From contig CAVFUJ010000001.1 of NCBI GenBank assembly GCA_963625795.1, forward strand, positions 1,686-65,685: 64,000 bases of DNA. Direction: 5' to 3'. Of this stretch, positions 27,976 through 36,030 are shown one piece after another. How positions within the stretch are numbered: position 1 is the stretch's first letter; every line of letters starts with the position of its first letter. The notes beneath the pieces are model-generated. The model worked only from the letters and a program-made list of their open reading frames with translations. It had not been told where the DNA came from and made no database searches. A program made the position numbers and the translations under genes. Source of the stretch: Anaerovoracaceae bacterium (GTDB taxonomy: Archaea; Thermoplasmatota; Thermoplasmata; Methanomassiliicoccales; Methanomethylophilaceae).

Positions 27976-28446
27976 TCAGAGTTTGCCTGCGTAAACGCCG
28001 GCTTTGATGTCTTTGGAGAAGACCCTGGGGTCCTTTCCGTCGATGGTGACACCGACAGACACACAGTTTCCTGCGACTTCAAGAAGGCGTGCTTCCAATG
28101 TCGCACCGAGGAGGTCGTCGCCTTTCATTTCGACGATCTTCTTCGCCTGCTCGATGGTAAGGTTTCCTACCTTCTCCGTCCTCGCGTTGTGTGCTCCGCT
28201 CTCCACTCCGAGCTCTCCTTTGATGAGAGCGGACATGGGGGGTGTACCGACTTTGATTTCGAATGATTTGTCTTCTTTGATCAGGATCTTCACAGGGACT
28301 TTCATTCCAGAGTAGGCTTTCGTCTTCTCGTTGATTGCTGCGATGATCTGACCGATGTTGACCCCTTTGGGTCCGAGTGCCGGACCGAGGGGCGGACCTG
28401 CGGAGGCTCTGCCTCCATCTACCAATGCCTCAACAGTATCTACCAT
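27976..28446 (-). CDS. rpl11: 50S ribosomal protein L11
   Basis: MVDTVEALVDGGRASAGPPLGPALGPKGVN. ATG 28446 is preferred over the track start 28485. Confidence 0.9.
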   Translation of the reverse strand: MVDTVEALVDGGRASAGPPLGPALGPKGVNIGQIIAAINEKTKAYSGMKVPVKILIKEDKSFEIKVGTPPMSALIKGELGVESGAHNARTEKVGNLTIEQAKKIVEMKGDDLLGATLEARLLEVAGNCVSVGVTIDGKDPRVFSKDIKAGVYAGKL

Positions 28447-28450
28447 TGTT

Positions 28451-29260
28451 TCACTTCTCCTTTTCAATGACTCTGACGCTGTCACCCTTGACAGTGACAG
28501 GTATCGGGACCATCGCCTCGATGAGTTCCACGGTGATCTCCTCTTTAGTCTGATCTATCTGCTGTACCCTTGCCTTCTCGCCCTTGAACGGTCCGCTGAC
28601 AAGTTCGACCAGATCGCCTTCGACAATTCCTACGACTGTCGAGAGCGGTACAAGGTAGGAACTGATTTCTTCGATGGAGGTTTCTCCGTCGACGAACGAC
28701 CTTGCCTTCTTGATGTCTCTGGTCTTCTCGTGCATACGGTCTGTGTTCATACCTTCGACGAACACATATCCCCTGAGAGTTGCGGGGCTCAGTATAGCAT
28801 AGATATCTTTCTCTCCGATGTTCGCTTTGGCGGCGAGACTGTCGGAAACGACCTTCTCCTGATCGATCTGGGTCTTGAGGACCATGATGGACTGCGATGC
28901 GCGTGCATCAAAGGTCTTGCTGGCCCTCTCCCCTTCCGCGGACACATTCACGGTGACGGACACAGTGTCGCCGTACCTGGCCCCTTTAGGACAGATGACC
29001 TCCAGTGCGAATTCCTTCTGTCCGTTTGCGGGACCGTCGGTCTTCACTTCGGTCTTGTTGCCGTAATTGCTCCATATCTCCTCGTGTGACGCATCGTTGA
29101 GAGCGACTGTCCACTCGGGTGCATCGGTCCCGTCGGGACCTGTGGTTATGAAGAAAGTAAACGTAAGCTTCGGAGCATCGGACGATACACTGAAAGGCCA
29201 TTTCACAGGTGAGCCTGCGTGTACGTCCCTGGGCTCGTTGTCTCCTAAAATTGTCAACAT
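28451..29260 (-). CDS. spt5: Transcription elongation factor Spt5 (NGN+KOW) with in-frame N-terminal extension of about 125 aa
   Basis: The C-terminal 144 aa (from MVLKTQIDQEK at 28885) align with canonical archaeal Spt5 (NGN; KOW GDLVELVSGPFKGEKARV). The ORF continues upstream in frame to ATG 29260, which is preceded by GAAGGG right after the secE stop. Confidence 0.85.
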   Translation of the reverse strand: MLTILGDNEPRDVHAGSPVKWPFSVSSDAPKLTFTFFITTGPDGTDAPEWTVALNDASHEEIWSNYGNKTEVKTDGPANGQKEFALEVICPKGARYGDTVSVTVNVSAEGERASKTFDARASQSIMVLKTQIDQEKVVSDSLAAKANIGEKDIYAILSPATLRGYVFVEGMNTDRMHEKTRDIKKARSFVDGETSIEEISSYLVPLSTVVGIVEGDLVELVSGPFKGEKARVQQIDQTKEEITVELIEAMVPIPVTVKGDSVRVIEKEK

Positions 29261-29269
29261 GTTAACCCT

Positions 29270-29494
29270 TCAGAAAAGATCCGGGAGGTAGTTCATGAGC
29301 CACATGATAAGGAAACCGAGGGCTCCGAGAATGACAATACCGATTCCTGTGATGGCAATAGTCTTCTTGTACTCCTCGCGTGTAGGTGTACGGGCCATTT
29401 TCATGATCCTTCCGTACTTTCCCTTACCGAGATTGCGGAATTTCGATTCCGCTCTCTTCTGATACTCTGAGGCTTTTGATGTCTCTGTGTCCAT
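29270..29494 (-). CDS. secE: Protein translocase subunit SecE / Sec61-gamma
   Basis: 74 aa with a single C-terminal TM (ITGIGIVILGALGFLIMWL) and the conserved KPTREEY-like TPTREEYKK. The gene order secE-spt5-rpl11 is conserved. Confidence 0.8.
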   Translation of the reverse strand: MDTETSKASEYQKRAESKFRNLGKGKYGRIMKMARTPTREEYKKTIAITGIGIVILGALGFLIMWLMNYLPDLF

Positions 29495-29715
29495 ATTATC
29501 TCCCTCTCGTCTGGATGACGATCGCGTTTTACCTTCCTCGTTGCCACTGATATGGTAACGATTGAGATACCCGTTACTATACGTAGTTATTTTAAAGCTT
29601 TCGGTCGGTTTCCGGGTAAAAGGTTCCGAATCGGAAATGTCCGGAACAGTGTGACAGCAATCTGAATTTCAGGAAAAAAGAATCACCTTCCGAAAGCCGG
29701 CATATTGTGACTGTC

Positions 29716-29727
29716 TTTTTTTATAAT
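29716..29727 (+). promoter_or_regulatory. TATA-box-like element of amidohydrolase paralog 1 (counterpart at 31736-31749)
   Basis: TTTTTTATAATG lies about 50-60 nt upstream of the ATG and is conserved in both duplicated copies. Confidence 0.5.
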
Positions 29728-29777
29728 GAACTTCATCACAAAGCAGAAATGTTCACTTTCTGAAACAGGTGGATTCA

Positions 29778-31529
29778 ATGAATAACAATGCAATTATCGC
29801 CATGGCCTGTGTTGCTTTGGTTGTTGCGGGTGCATTTGTATGCTGCGGCAACATGACAGGCGATGACACAAACGCGGCAGACACCGTTGTTTACGGAAAA
29901 ATCTACACTTCCAACGCAACGGGAGATTATGCCGAGGCAATAGCCGTCAAAGACGGCAAATACGTCTACGTCGGAGACGAAGACGGAGTCAAATCTTATA
30001 TCGGTAATAAAACAAAAGTCATCGACTACAGAGACAAAGGCCTCATTATGGCCGGAGCCACCGAAGGTCACGGACACTACGCCATGCAGGGTGTACTTCA
30101 GGCGGTAGGATTCACCGTAACCGGAGATACAAAGGAAGACATCATCAATAATGTCAAAAAGTATGTCGAGGAGCATCCCGACAATGAGGTTTACTACACA
30201 TTCGGATGGAACAACATTAAAATGACGGCTACCAAAGCCACAATCGACATGCGCAGCGAACTCGACAAGATCTGCAGTGACAAAGCCATGCTGATTACCG
30301 ATGACAGCGGTCACAACGGATTCTGCAACAGCAAAGCCTTCGAGCTTGCCGGTGTGACAAAAGATACAGTCATCAAAGGCGGAGAATTCTGCAAAGACAA
30401 AACGACAGGCGAACTCCTCGGTCTCGTTTCCGATATGGCTTTCAACTACATTCTGAAGAACGCAATCGCCGACAAATTCAAGATCGACGGAAAAGACTAC
30501 GCCGCAATATGCCAGGCAATGGAAGAAAACCTTCACAGAGACGGTTATACCTACCTCCAGGACGGTTGGCTGAACTACTTCGGATCGGAAGCTATGGACT
30601 GTATCACCACATACGATAAGACTGCAGGCCTCACAATCTACGTAAGCGGTTCGTACAAGATCGATTCGTACGAAGACTGGGAGAAAGAAGTCAACACCGC
30701 CGAAGAATACATGAAGAAATACGCAACCGCCCACTTCGCATATAACACACTCAAGCTCTTCGCAGACGGAGAAGCCGTCGAAAGCGGAAGCGGTTGGATG
30801 AAAGAGAAATACGTCGACGAAAAATACGGCTGCGGCGTTCAGGTATGGTCCGATGAGGACATGAACGCAATCGTAAAGGCTGCGAATTCAAAAGGTATCT
30901 CCGTACACGTGCACGCACAGGGAGATGCGGCTTCCGAACAGGTTGTCAACGCATTCATTAACGCCGAGAGTACAGCAAAAGACGGTGTCTACAACGGAAT
31001 ATGCCACGGACGCAACATAACGGAAGAGACCAAAGAGAAGATGGGGGAGCACCACATCTACGCTGCAATCAACATCAACTGGAGAACACTGTATGCCGAG
31101 AATGAAGGCGAAATACTCCTGAAACTCCTCGATGAAGATCGTGCAAAAGCAGGATACCCGATTAAATCCCTCCTTGACAAGGGAGTTAACGTATCATCCT
31201 CAACCGATGTTCCCGCATCCGCCGGTGCACCGACTTCCGTGTGCGGAATCATTGAGGTAGCGGTCAACGACACCTGCGCCGACAAAGATGTATGGCAGTT
31301 CAATCCTGACGAAAGAGTTACCGTCGAACAGGCTATCGATATCATGACAATCAACGGAGCGAAACAGCTTCAGATTGAGGACACACGCGGTTCCATCGAA
31401 GTCGGAAAGTACGCAGATTTCCTTTTCATCGACAAGGACATCACAACATGCGACGCCGACAAGATCCACGAGGGTAACGTCGTTTCCGTCTACTTCGAAG
31501 GTAAAGAGTGCTACACACTCGAAGCCTGA
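29778..31529 (+). CDS. Amidohydrolase-3 family metal-dependent hydrolase with N-terminal signal anchor (paralog 1)
   Basis: N-terminal hydrophobic IIAMACVALVVAGAFVCCG. Metal-site-like GATEGHGHY, HVHAQGD, ICHGRN and SSSTDVP. AGGTGG lies 5 nt upstream of ATG 29778 (track start 29769 is a GTG). Confidence 0.8.
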   Translation: MNNNAIIAMACVALVVAGAFVCCGNMTGDDTNAADTVVYGKIYTSNATGDYAEAIAVKDGKYVYVGDEDGVKSYIGNKTKVIDYRDKGLIMAGATEGHGHYAMQGVLQAVGFTVTGDTKEDIINNVKKYVEEHPDNEVYYTFGWNNIKMTATKATIDMRSELDKICSDKAMLITDDSGHNGFCNSKAFELAGVTKDTVIKGGEFCKDKTTGELLGLVSDMAFNYILKNAIADKFKIDGKDYAAICQAMEENLHRDGYTYLQDGWLNYFGSEAMDCITTYDKTAGLTIYVSGSYKIDSYEDWEKEVNTAEEYMKKYATAHFAYNTLKLFADGEAVESGSGWMKEKYVDEKYGCGVQVWSDEDMNAIVKAANSKGISVHVHAQGDAASEQVVNAFINAESTAKDGVYNGICHGRNITEETKEKMGEHHIYAAININWRTLYAENEGEILLKLLDEDRAKAGYPIKSLLDKGVNVSSSTDVPASAGAPTSVCGIIEVAVNDTCADKDVWQFNPDERVTVEQAIDIMTINGAKQLQIEDTRGSIEVGKYADFLFIDKDITTCDADKIHEGNVVSVYFEGKECYTLEA

Positions 31530-31543
31530 TTAAATCATTTCAA

Positions 31544-31568
31544 CCGCGCAGCTTTCACGGCTGCGCGG
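31544..31568 (+). terminator. Hairpin after amidohydrolase paralog 1
   Basis: CCGCGCAG-CTTTCACGG-CTGCGCGG is followed by ATCTTTATTGTTT. Confidence 0.6.
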
Positions 31569-31800
31569 ATCTTTATTGTTTACATCCTGCGCAACCCCTG
31601 TTCCGTAAAGAACGGAGTACTGTGTTCGGTTCATAGGTAAAGCTTCCGAACAGGGAATATCAAAAATAATGAAACAGTAGACTAAAATCTAAAAATCCAC
31701 AAATCTCCTGTCCGACAGCCAGCATATTGCGGCTGTCTTTTTCTATAATGAAATTCATTTCCGTAACGGAAACGTTCACTTCCTGAAACAGGTGAGTTTT

Positions 31801-33552
31801 ATGAACAAAAATACGATTATCGCCATAGCATGTGTCGCTTTGGTTGTTGCGGGTGCATTCGTGTGCTGCGGCAGCATCATCAACAGTGACGCAAATGCGG
31901 CGGACACCGTTGTTTACGGAAAAATCTACACTTCCAACGCAACGGGAGATTACGCCGAAGCAATAGCCGTCAAAGACGGCAAATACGTCTACGTCGGAGA
32001 CGAAGACGGAGTCAAGTCTTACATCAAAGACGGCAAGACAAAGGTCATCGATTACAGGGACAAAGGTCTCATTATGGCCGGAGCCACCGAAGGTCACGGA
32101 CACTACGCCATGGAAGGTGTACTTCTGGCACTCGGTCTCTCCGTAACCGGCGATACGAAAGAGGAAATTCTCGCAAATGTCACAAAATACGTCGAAGACA
32201 ATCCCGACAGCGAAGTTTACTACTCATTCGGCTGGAACAACATCAAAATGACGGCTACCAAAGCCACCATCGACATGCGCAGCGAACTCGACAAAATCTG
32301 CAGTGACAAACCTATGCTGATCACAGATGACAGCGGTCACAACGGATTCTGCAACAGCAAAGCCTTCGAGCTTGCCGGTGTGACAAAAGATACAGTCATC
32401 ACAGGCGGAGAGTTCTACAAAGACGCAACGACAGGCGAATTAATCGGTCTCGCTTCGGATATGGCTTACAACTACGTTCTGAAGAACGTCATGGCGACCA
32501 AATTCAACATTGCCGAGAAAGACTATGCCAAAGTAAGTCAGACAATGGAAGAGAGCCTGCACAAAAACGGTTACACCTACTACCAGGACGGTTGGCTGAA
32601 CTACTTCGGATCGGAAGCCATTGACTGTCTTACCGAATACGACAAAACCACGGGCCTCACGATCTACGTAGGCGGTTCGTACAAGATTGATTCCTACGAA
32701 GACTGGGAAAAAGAAATCGATAACGCCGTAAAATACATGGGAAAATACTCAACAGACCACTTGGTATTCAAGACTATCAAACTGTTCGCAGACGGAGAAG
32801 CCGTCGAAAGCGGAAGCGGTTGGATGAAGGAAGAATACGTTTCTGGAGGTTACGGCACTCAGGTATGGTCCGATGAGACCATGTACGCACTCGTGAAAGC
32901 CGCGAACGAAAAGGGCCTCTCCGTACACGTGCACGCACAGGGAGATGCGGCTTCCGAACAGGTTGTCAACGCATTCATTAACGCAGAAAGCACGGCAAAA
33001 GACGGTGTCTACAACGGAATATGCCACGCACGTAACATAACGGATGAAACCAAGAAGAAGATGGGAGAACACAACATCTACGCCGCAGTCAACATCAACT
33101 GGAGAACACTGATTGACAAGAGTATCGGCGATCAGCTCGTGAGCCAACTCCTCAGGGAAGATCTTGCAAAAGCAGGATACCCGATTAAGTCCCTCATCGA
33201 AAACGGCGTCAACATATCATCCTCGACCGATGTTCCCGCAGCCTCCGGTGCACCGATTACCGTATGCGGAATCATTGAGGTAGCGGTCAACGACACCTGC
33301 GCCGACAAAGACGTATGGCAGCTCGATCCCGCCGAGAGAGTCACCGTCGAACAGGCTATCGACATCATGACAATCAACGGAGCGAAACAGCTTCAGATTG
33401 AAGATACCCGCGGCTCCATCGAAGTCGGAAAGTACGCTGATTTCCTTCTCCTCGACAAGGATATCACGACATGCGACGCAGACAAGATCCACGAGGGTAA
33501 CGTCGTTTCCGTCTACTTCGAAGGTAAAGAGTGCTACACACTCGAAGCCTGA
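31801..33552 (+). CDS. Amidohydrolase-3 family metal-dependent hydrolase with N-terminal signal anchor (paralog 2)
   Basis: Same architecture and motifs as paralog 1, and roughly four-fifths identical by eye. AGGTGA lies upstream of ATG 31801. Confidence 0.8.
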   Translation: MNKNTIIAIACVALVVAGAFVCCGSIINSDANAADTVVYGKIYTSNATGDYAEAIAVKDGKYVYVGDEDGVKSYIKDGKTKVIDYRDKGLIMAGATEGHGHYAMEGVLLALGLSVTGDTKEEILANVTKYVEDNPDSEVYYSFGWNNIKMTATKATIDMRSELDKICSDKPMLITDDSGHNGFCNSKAFELAGVTKDTVITGGEFYKDATTGELIGLASDMAYNYVLKNVMATKFNIAEKDYAKVSQTMEESLHKNGYTYYQDGWLNYFGSEAIDCLTEYDKTTGLTIYVGGSYKIDSYEDWEKEIDNAVKYMGKYSTDHLVFKTIKLFADGEAVESGSGWMKEEYVSGGYGTQVWSDETMYALVKAANEKGLSVHVHAQGDAASEQVVNAFINAESTAKDGVYNGICHARNITDETKKKMGEHNIYAAVNINWRTLIDKSIGDQLVSQLLREDLAKAGYPIKSLIENGVNISSSTDVPAASGAPITVCGIIEVAVNDTCADKDVWQLDPAERVTVEQAIDIMTINGAKQLQIEDTRGSIEVGKYADFLLLDKDITTCDADKIHEGNVVSVYFEGKECYTLEA

Positions 33553-33566
33553 TTAAATCATTTCAA

Positions 33567-33593
33567 CCGCGCAGTCCGTCTGTGACTGCGCGG
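33567..33593 (+). terminator. Hairpin after amidohydrolase paralog 2
   Basis: CCGCGCAGTC-CGTCTGT-GACTGCGCGG is followed by ATTCTTATTTTTATA. Confidence 0.6.
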
Positions 33594-33698
33594 ATTCTTA
33601 TTTTTATACGGATTGTACAGAAGTTTCCGGAAAAGAGTAAGCGAATAATCTTAAATATAAAACGCAGATTGTGGCGTGCCCACACAGCAGGTGATTGT

Positions 33699-33863
33699 AT
33701 GGAAGAAGTTCTCTGTAGCATTGAGATTATCAAAGAAAACAACGATTTCGTCGCCAAGATTCAGAGCGATCTCGGCGGAAGCAGGGAATACAGATCCCAG
33801 CTTTTCGAAGATGTCCTTGAGCAGTTCGTCATGGATCTCCAGGAAGAATTCGAATCGATGTGA
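33699..33863 (+). CDS. Small acidic hypothetical protein (54 aa)
   Basis: ATG 33699 is preceded by AGGTGAT (33689-33695), a near-perfect match to the archaeal anti-SD complement. TATA-like CTTAAATATAAAAC lies about 40 nt upstream. The track ORF from 33531 is an over-extension across the terminator. Confidence 0.5.
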   Translation: MEEVLCSIEIIKENNDFVAKIQSDLGGSREYRSQLFEDVLEQFVMDLQEEFESM

Positions 33864-33878
33864 GTGGAGGAAGACAGC

Positions 33879-34151
33879 ATGGCAGCAATCGACGCAAAAC
33901 TGAAACAGATTACGAATGAACTCGAGGGACGTCTCGCCAACGACAACGGAGTCCCCAGGAACATAAGGAAGGGTGCGACGGACGCTGTAGCTTACCTTCA
34001 GGACACAAAGAAACCGATGGATCTCCGCATCTCCAACGCTATCAACATTCTCGCGGATCTTTCCAACGACCCCAACATACCCATGGAGTCCTGGAGCACA
34101 ATCATGCAGATCCTTTCGGATCTCGAGATTATGCTGAAAGAGATTGCATAA
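33879..34151 (+). CDS. UPF0147 family protein
   Basis: VPRNIRKGATDAVAYLQD...LRISNAINILADLSNDPNIPMESWSTIMQILSDLE matches my memory of UPF0147 (PF03685). GGAGGA lies 8 nt upstream of ATG 33879. Confidence 0.75.
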   Translation: MAAIDAKLKQITNELEGRLANDNGVPRNIRKGATDAVAYLQDTKKPMDLRISNAINILADLSNDPNIPMESWSTIMQILSDLEIMLKEIA

Positions 34152-34165
34152 TCGGTTTAATTCCG

Positions 34166-34187
34166 GAGACGGTCTCACGACCGTCTC
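34166..34187 (+). terminator. Hairpin after UPF0147 gene
   Basis: GAGACGGTC-TCAC-GACCGTCTC is followed by GAAATCTTATTCT. Confidence 0.5.
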
Positions 34188-34225
34188 GAAATCTTATTCT
34201 AAAACAATTATGATATGTCCGGCAT

Positions 34226-34741
34226 ATGAGGCACGGACTCTCTAGACTGAAGAAAATCTGCAGGTACGCATCGACCGTAATGACGGTCGCAGGATGGATT
34301 TTGGCGGTTTTCGTCATAATCACGGTCTGCCTCGGCATAGCATCGTCGTTTTCGGACGATGCATTCAACATGATGATCGATTGGATCGGCCACGGCGAAG
34401 ACGAAAGCATGAAAATTCTCACCGCCGCGGCGTTGGAAAACATTCTGATTTTCTCCATGGGATCGATTACAGTCATAACCATCGGAAAGGTGATGCAGTC
34501 GATATCGAAGGAGGACAGCCCCTTCACCGAGAAGAATGCGGACAGAATGAGAATGATTTCGATAATCTACCTCATATCGGCATTCCTGCTCCTGATACTC
34601 GGATACTTCATGAACAGAGGATTGGCCGGAACGGCATTCCTCTTCCTCGGTTCGCTGTTGGTATCCGTTGTGATGTACTGCATCGCACTTATGTGCCAGT
34701 ACGGTTCGCTGCTGCAGAAAGAATCCGACGAAACACTCTGA
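34226..34741 (+). CDS. DUF2975-like membrane protein
   Basis: 171 aa with about 4 TM segments. The central SPFTEKNADRMRMISIIYL resembles the DUF2975 PF-x-x-N motif. It is followed by a small XRE HTH gene, the usual partner of this family. Confidence 0.6.
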   Translation: MRHGLSRLKKICRYASTVMTVAGWILAVFVIITVCLGIASSFSDDAFNMMIDWIGHGEDESMKILTAAALENILIFSMGSITVITIGKVMQSISKEDSPFTEKNADRMRMISIIYLISAFLLLILGYFMNRGLAGTAFLFLGSLLVSVVMYCIALMCQYGSLLQKESDETL

Positions 34742-34750
34742 GGCGATGAA

Positions 34751-34966
34751 ATGGCGATAATCCTGAGATTGGACAGAGTGATGGCCGACAGAAAGATGTC
34801 ACTGAATCAGCTGACCGAACTCGTGGGAATATCCAATGTAAATCTTTCCAAAATCAAAACGGGAAAAATCTGTGCCATAAGATTCTCGACACTCAACGGA
34901 ATCTGCAAAGCGCTGAAATGTCAGCCCGGAGATATTCTGGAATATGTAGAAGATGAGGAGGAGTGA
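34751..34966 (+). CDS. XRE/Cro-type HTH transcriptional regulator (YozG-like, 71 aa)
   Basis: ILRLDRVMADRKMSLNQLTELVGISNVNLSKIKTGK...FSTLNGICKALKCQPGDILEY. Confidence 0.85.
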   Translation: MAIILRLDRVMADRKMSLNQLTELVGISNVNLSKIKTGKICAIRFSTLNGICKALKCQPGDILEYVEDEEE

Positions 34967-34989
34967 TCCCCGCCCTTTCGGGCAGGGAT

Positions 34990-35952
34990 TCAGGCCTCCG
35001 AACCGATTTCTCTTTCCATTCTCTTCCTGCTGAAGAGAACGGAGTCCATGAACGCGACCCACGTAATCTCAACGAGAATAGACGTAGCAATCGCGACCAT
35101 CGCATCGCCTGTAAGCGGACCGAGAATTCCCGATGTACACAGTGCGATTGCGATTCCTTTGTTCTTATAGGATGCCATCAGAATATCGGTAACCCTCTGT
35201 GACCATCCGATTCCCGCTTTCTTCTCGACACCTTCGACAGCGAATCCGAGACCGAAGGATCTGAGGAATGCGATCAGTGCAAAGGCAACGAACACCCATA
35301 CGGGGATACCCGCAAAGTTGGTCGCACCTACGGAGAGCCAGACCATGAAGAAGATACACAGATTGAGGAATATAGCCATGACATCCTTGTCTATCTTCAC
35401 CTTGGTGAGAAGCCTCGAAGCAATCAGCGGAATACCCAAAAGCTTCAGAACGGTTATGACGACATCCGTCATGTTCACCGTTTCGCCCAATGTCGCCCAT
35501 ATAATGAACGGAATCCATGCCAATGCAACAACATACGTAACAATCGTACCTCTTGCGGCGTGTTCCATATCTCCTCTGAGAATATACGACAGCGGAACAA
35601 CCGAACCTGCGAAGGGTGTCGCCGCAATGAAGATCAATCCCATGGACTGATTGCCGAATTCCGTGTCTTTCAGTAAGAAATATCCTACCAACGGAATAAC
35701 CGATGAAATAACAAGTCCCAAAAGAACCGCTCTCAATGACGATTTTCCGTACGCAAGAGGATTCAGATTCTTATACGAAATTCTGGACAGGGACAGTGTC
35801 AGCATCACCACCAATGTCCATATTGTCAGTTCGGAACGGATACCCGCAGTCAGAGAATCCGGGAACCAACCGGCAAAATTTGTGATGAGCGCGACAATCA
35901 TCGCGGCCATCATCATGAAGGCACTGCTGCTCAGTGCACCCTTTACGCTCAT
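34990..35952 (-). CDS. Secondary transporter, about 10 TM (BASS/ACR3-like candidate)
   Basis: 320 aa and highly hydrophobic. The overall length and topology resemble SBF-like carriers. No diagnostic motif was verified. Confidence 0.4.
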   Translation of the reverse strand: MSVKGALSSSAFMMMAAMIVALITNFAGWFPDSLTAGIRSELTIWTLVVMLTLSLSRISYKNLNPLAYGKSSLRAVLLGLVISSVIPLVGYFLLKDTEFGNQSMGLIFIAATPFAGSVVPLSYILRGDMEHAARGTIVTYVVALAWIPFIIWATLGETVNMTDVVITVLKLLGIPLIASRLLTKVKIDKDVMAIFLNLCIFFMVWLSVGATNFAGIPVWVFVAFALIAFLRSFGLGFAVEGVEKKAGIGWSQRVTDILMASYKNKGIAIALCTSGILGPLTGDAMVAIATSILVEITWVAFMDSVLFSRKRMEREIGSEA

Positions 35953-35974
35953 ATTCGGTCAATCGTATGATTGA

Positions 35975-35997
35975 TATTTATCGTTTTTCGATAAATA
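35975..35997. promoter_or_regulatory. AT-rich inverted repeat TATTTATCG-TTTTT-CGATAAATA in divergent transporter/menA promoter region
   Basis: A perfect 9-bp inverted repeat with a 5-nt spacer. It could be mirrored TATA boxes or an operator. Confidence 0.35.
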
Positions 35998-36030
35998 ATT
36001 TATTTATATCGTGTTGTCCAATGCGATTGC

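Larger units (their letters stand above)
29696..33593 (+). repeat. Tandem direct duplication (unit about 2023 bp) of promoter, amidohydrolase gene and terminator
   Basis: ATG-to-ATG distance is 31801-29778 = 2023. Both copies share upstream GCATATTG..CTGTCTTTTT(T/C)TATAATGAA..TTCACTT(T/C)CTGAAACAGGTG and an identical 3' end through TGATTAAATCATTTCAACCGCGCAG. Confidence 0.9.
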
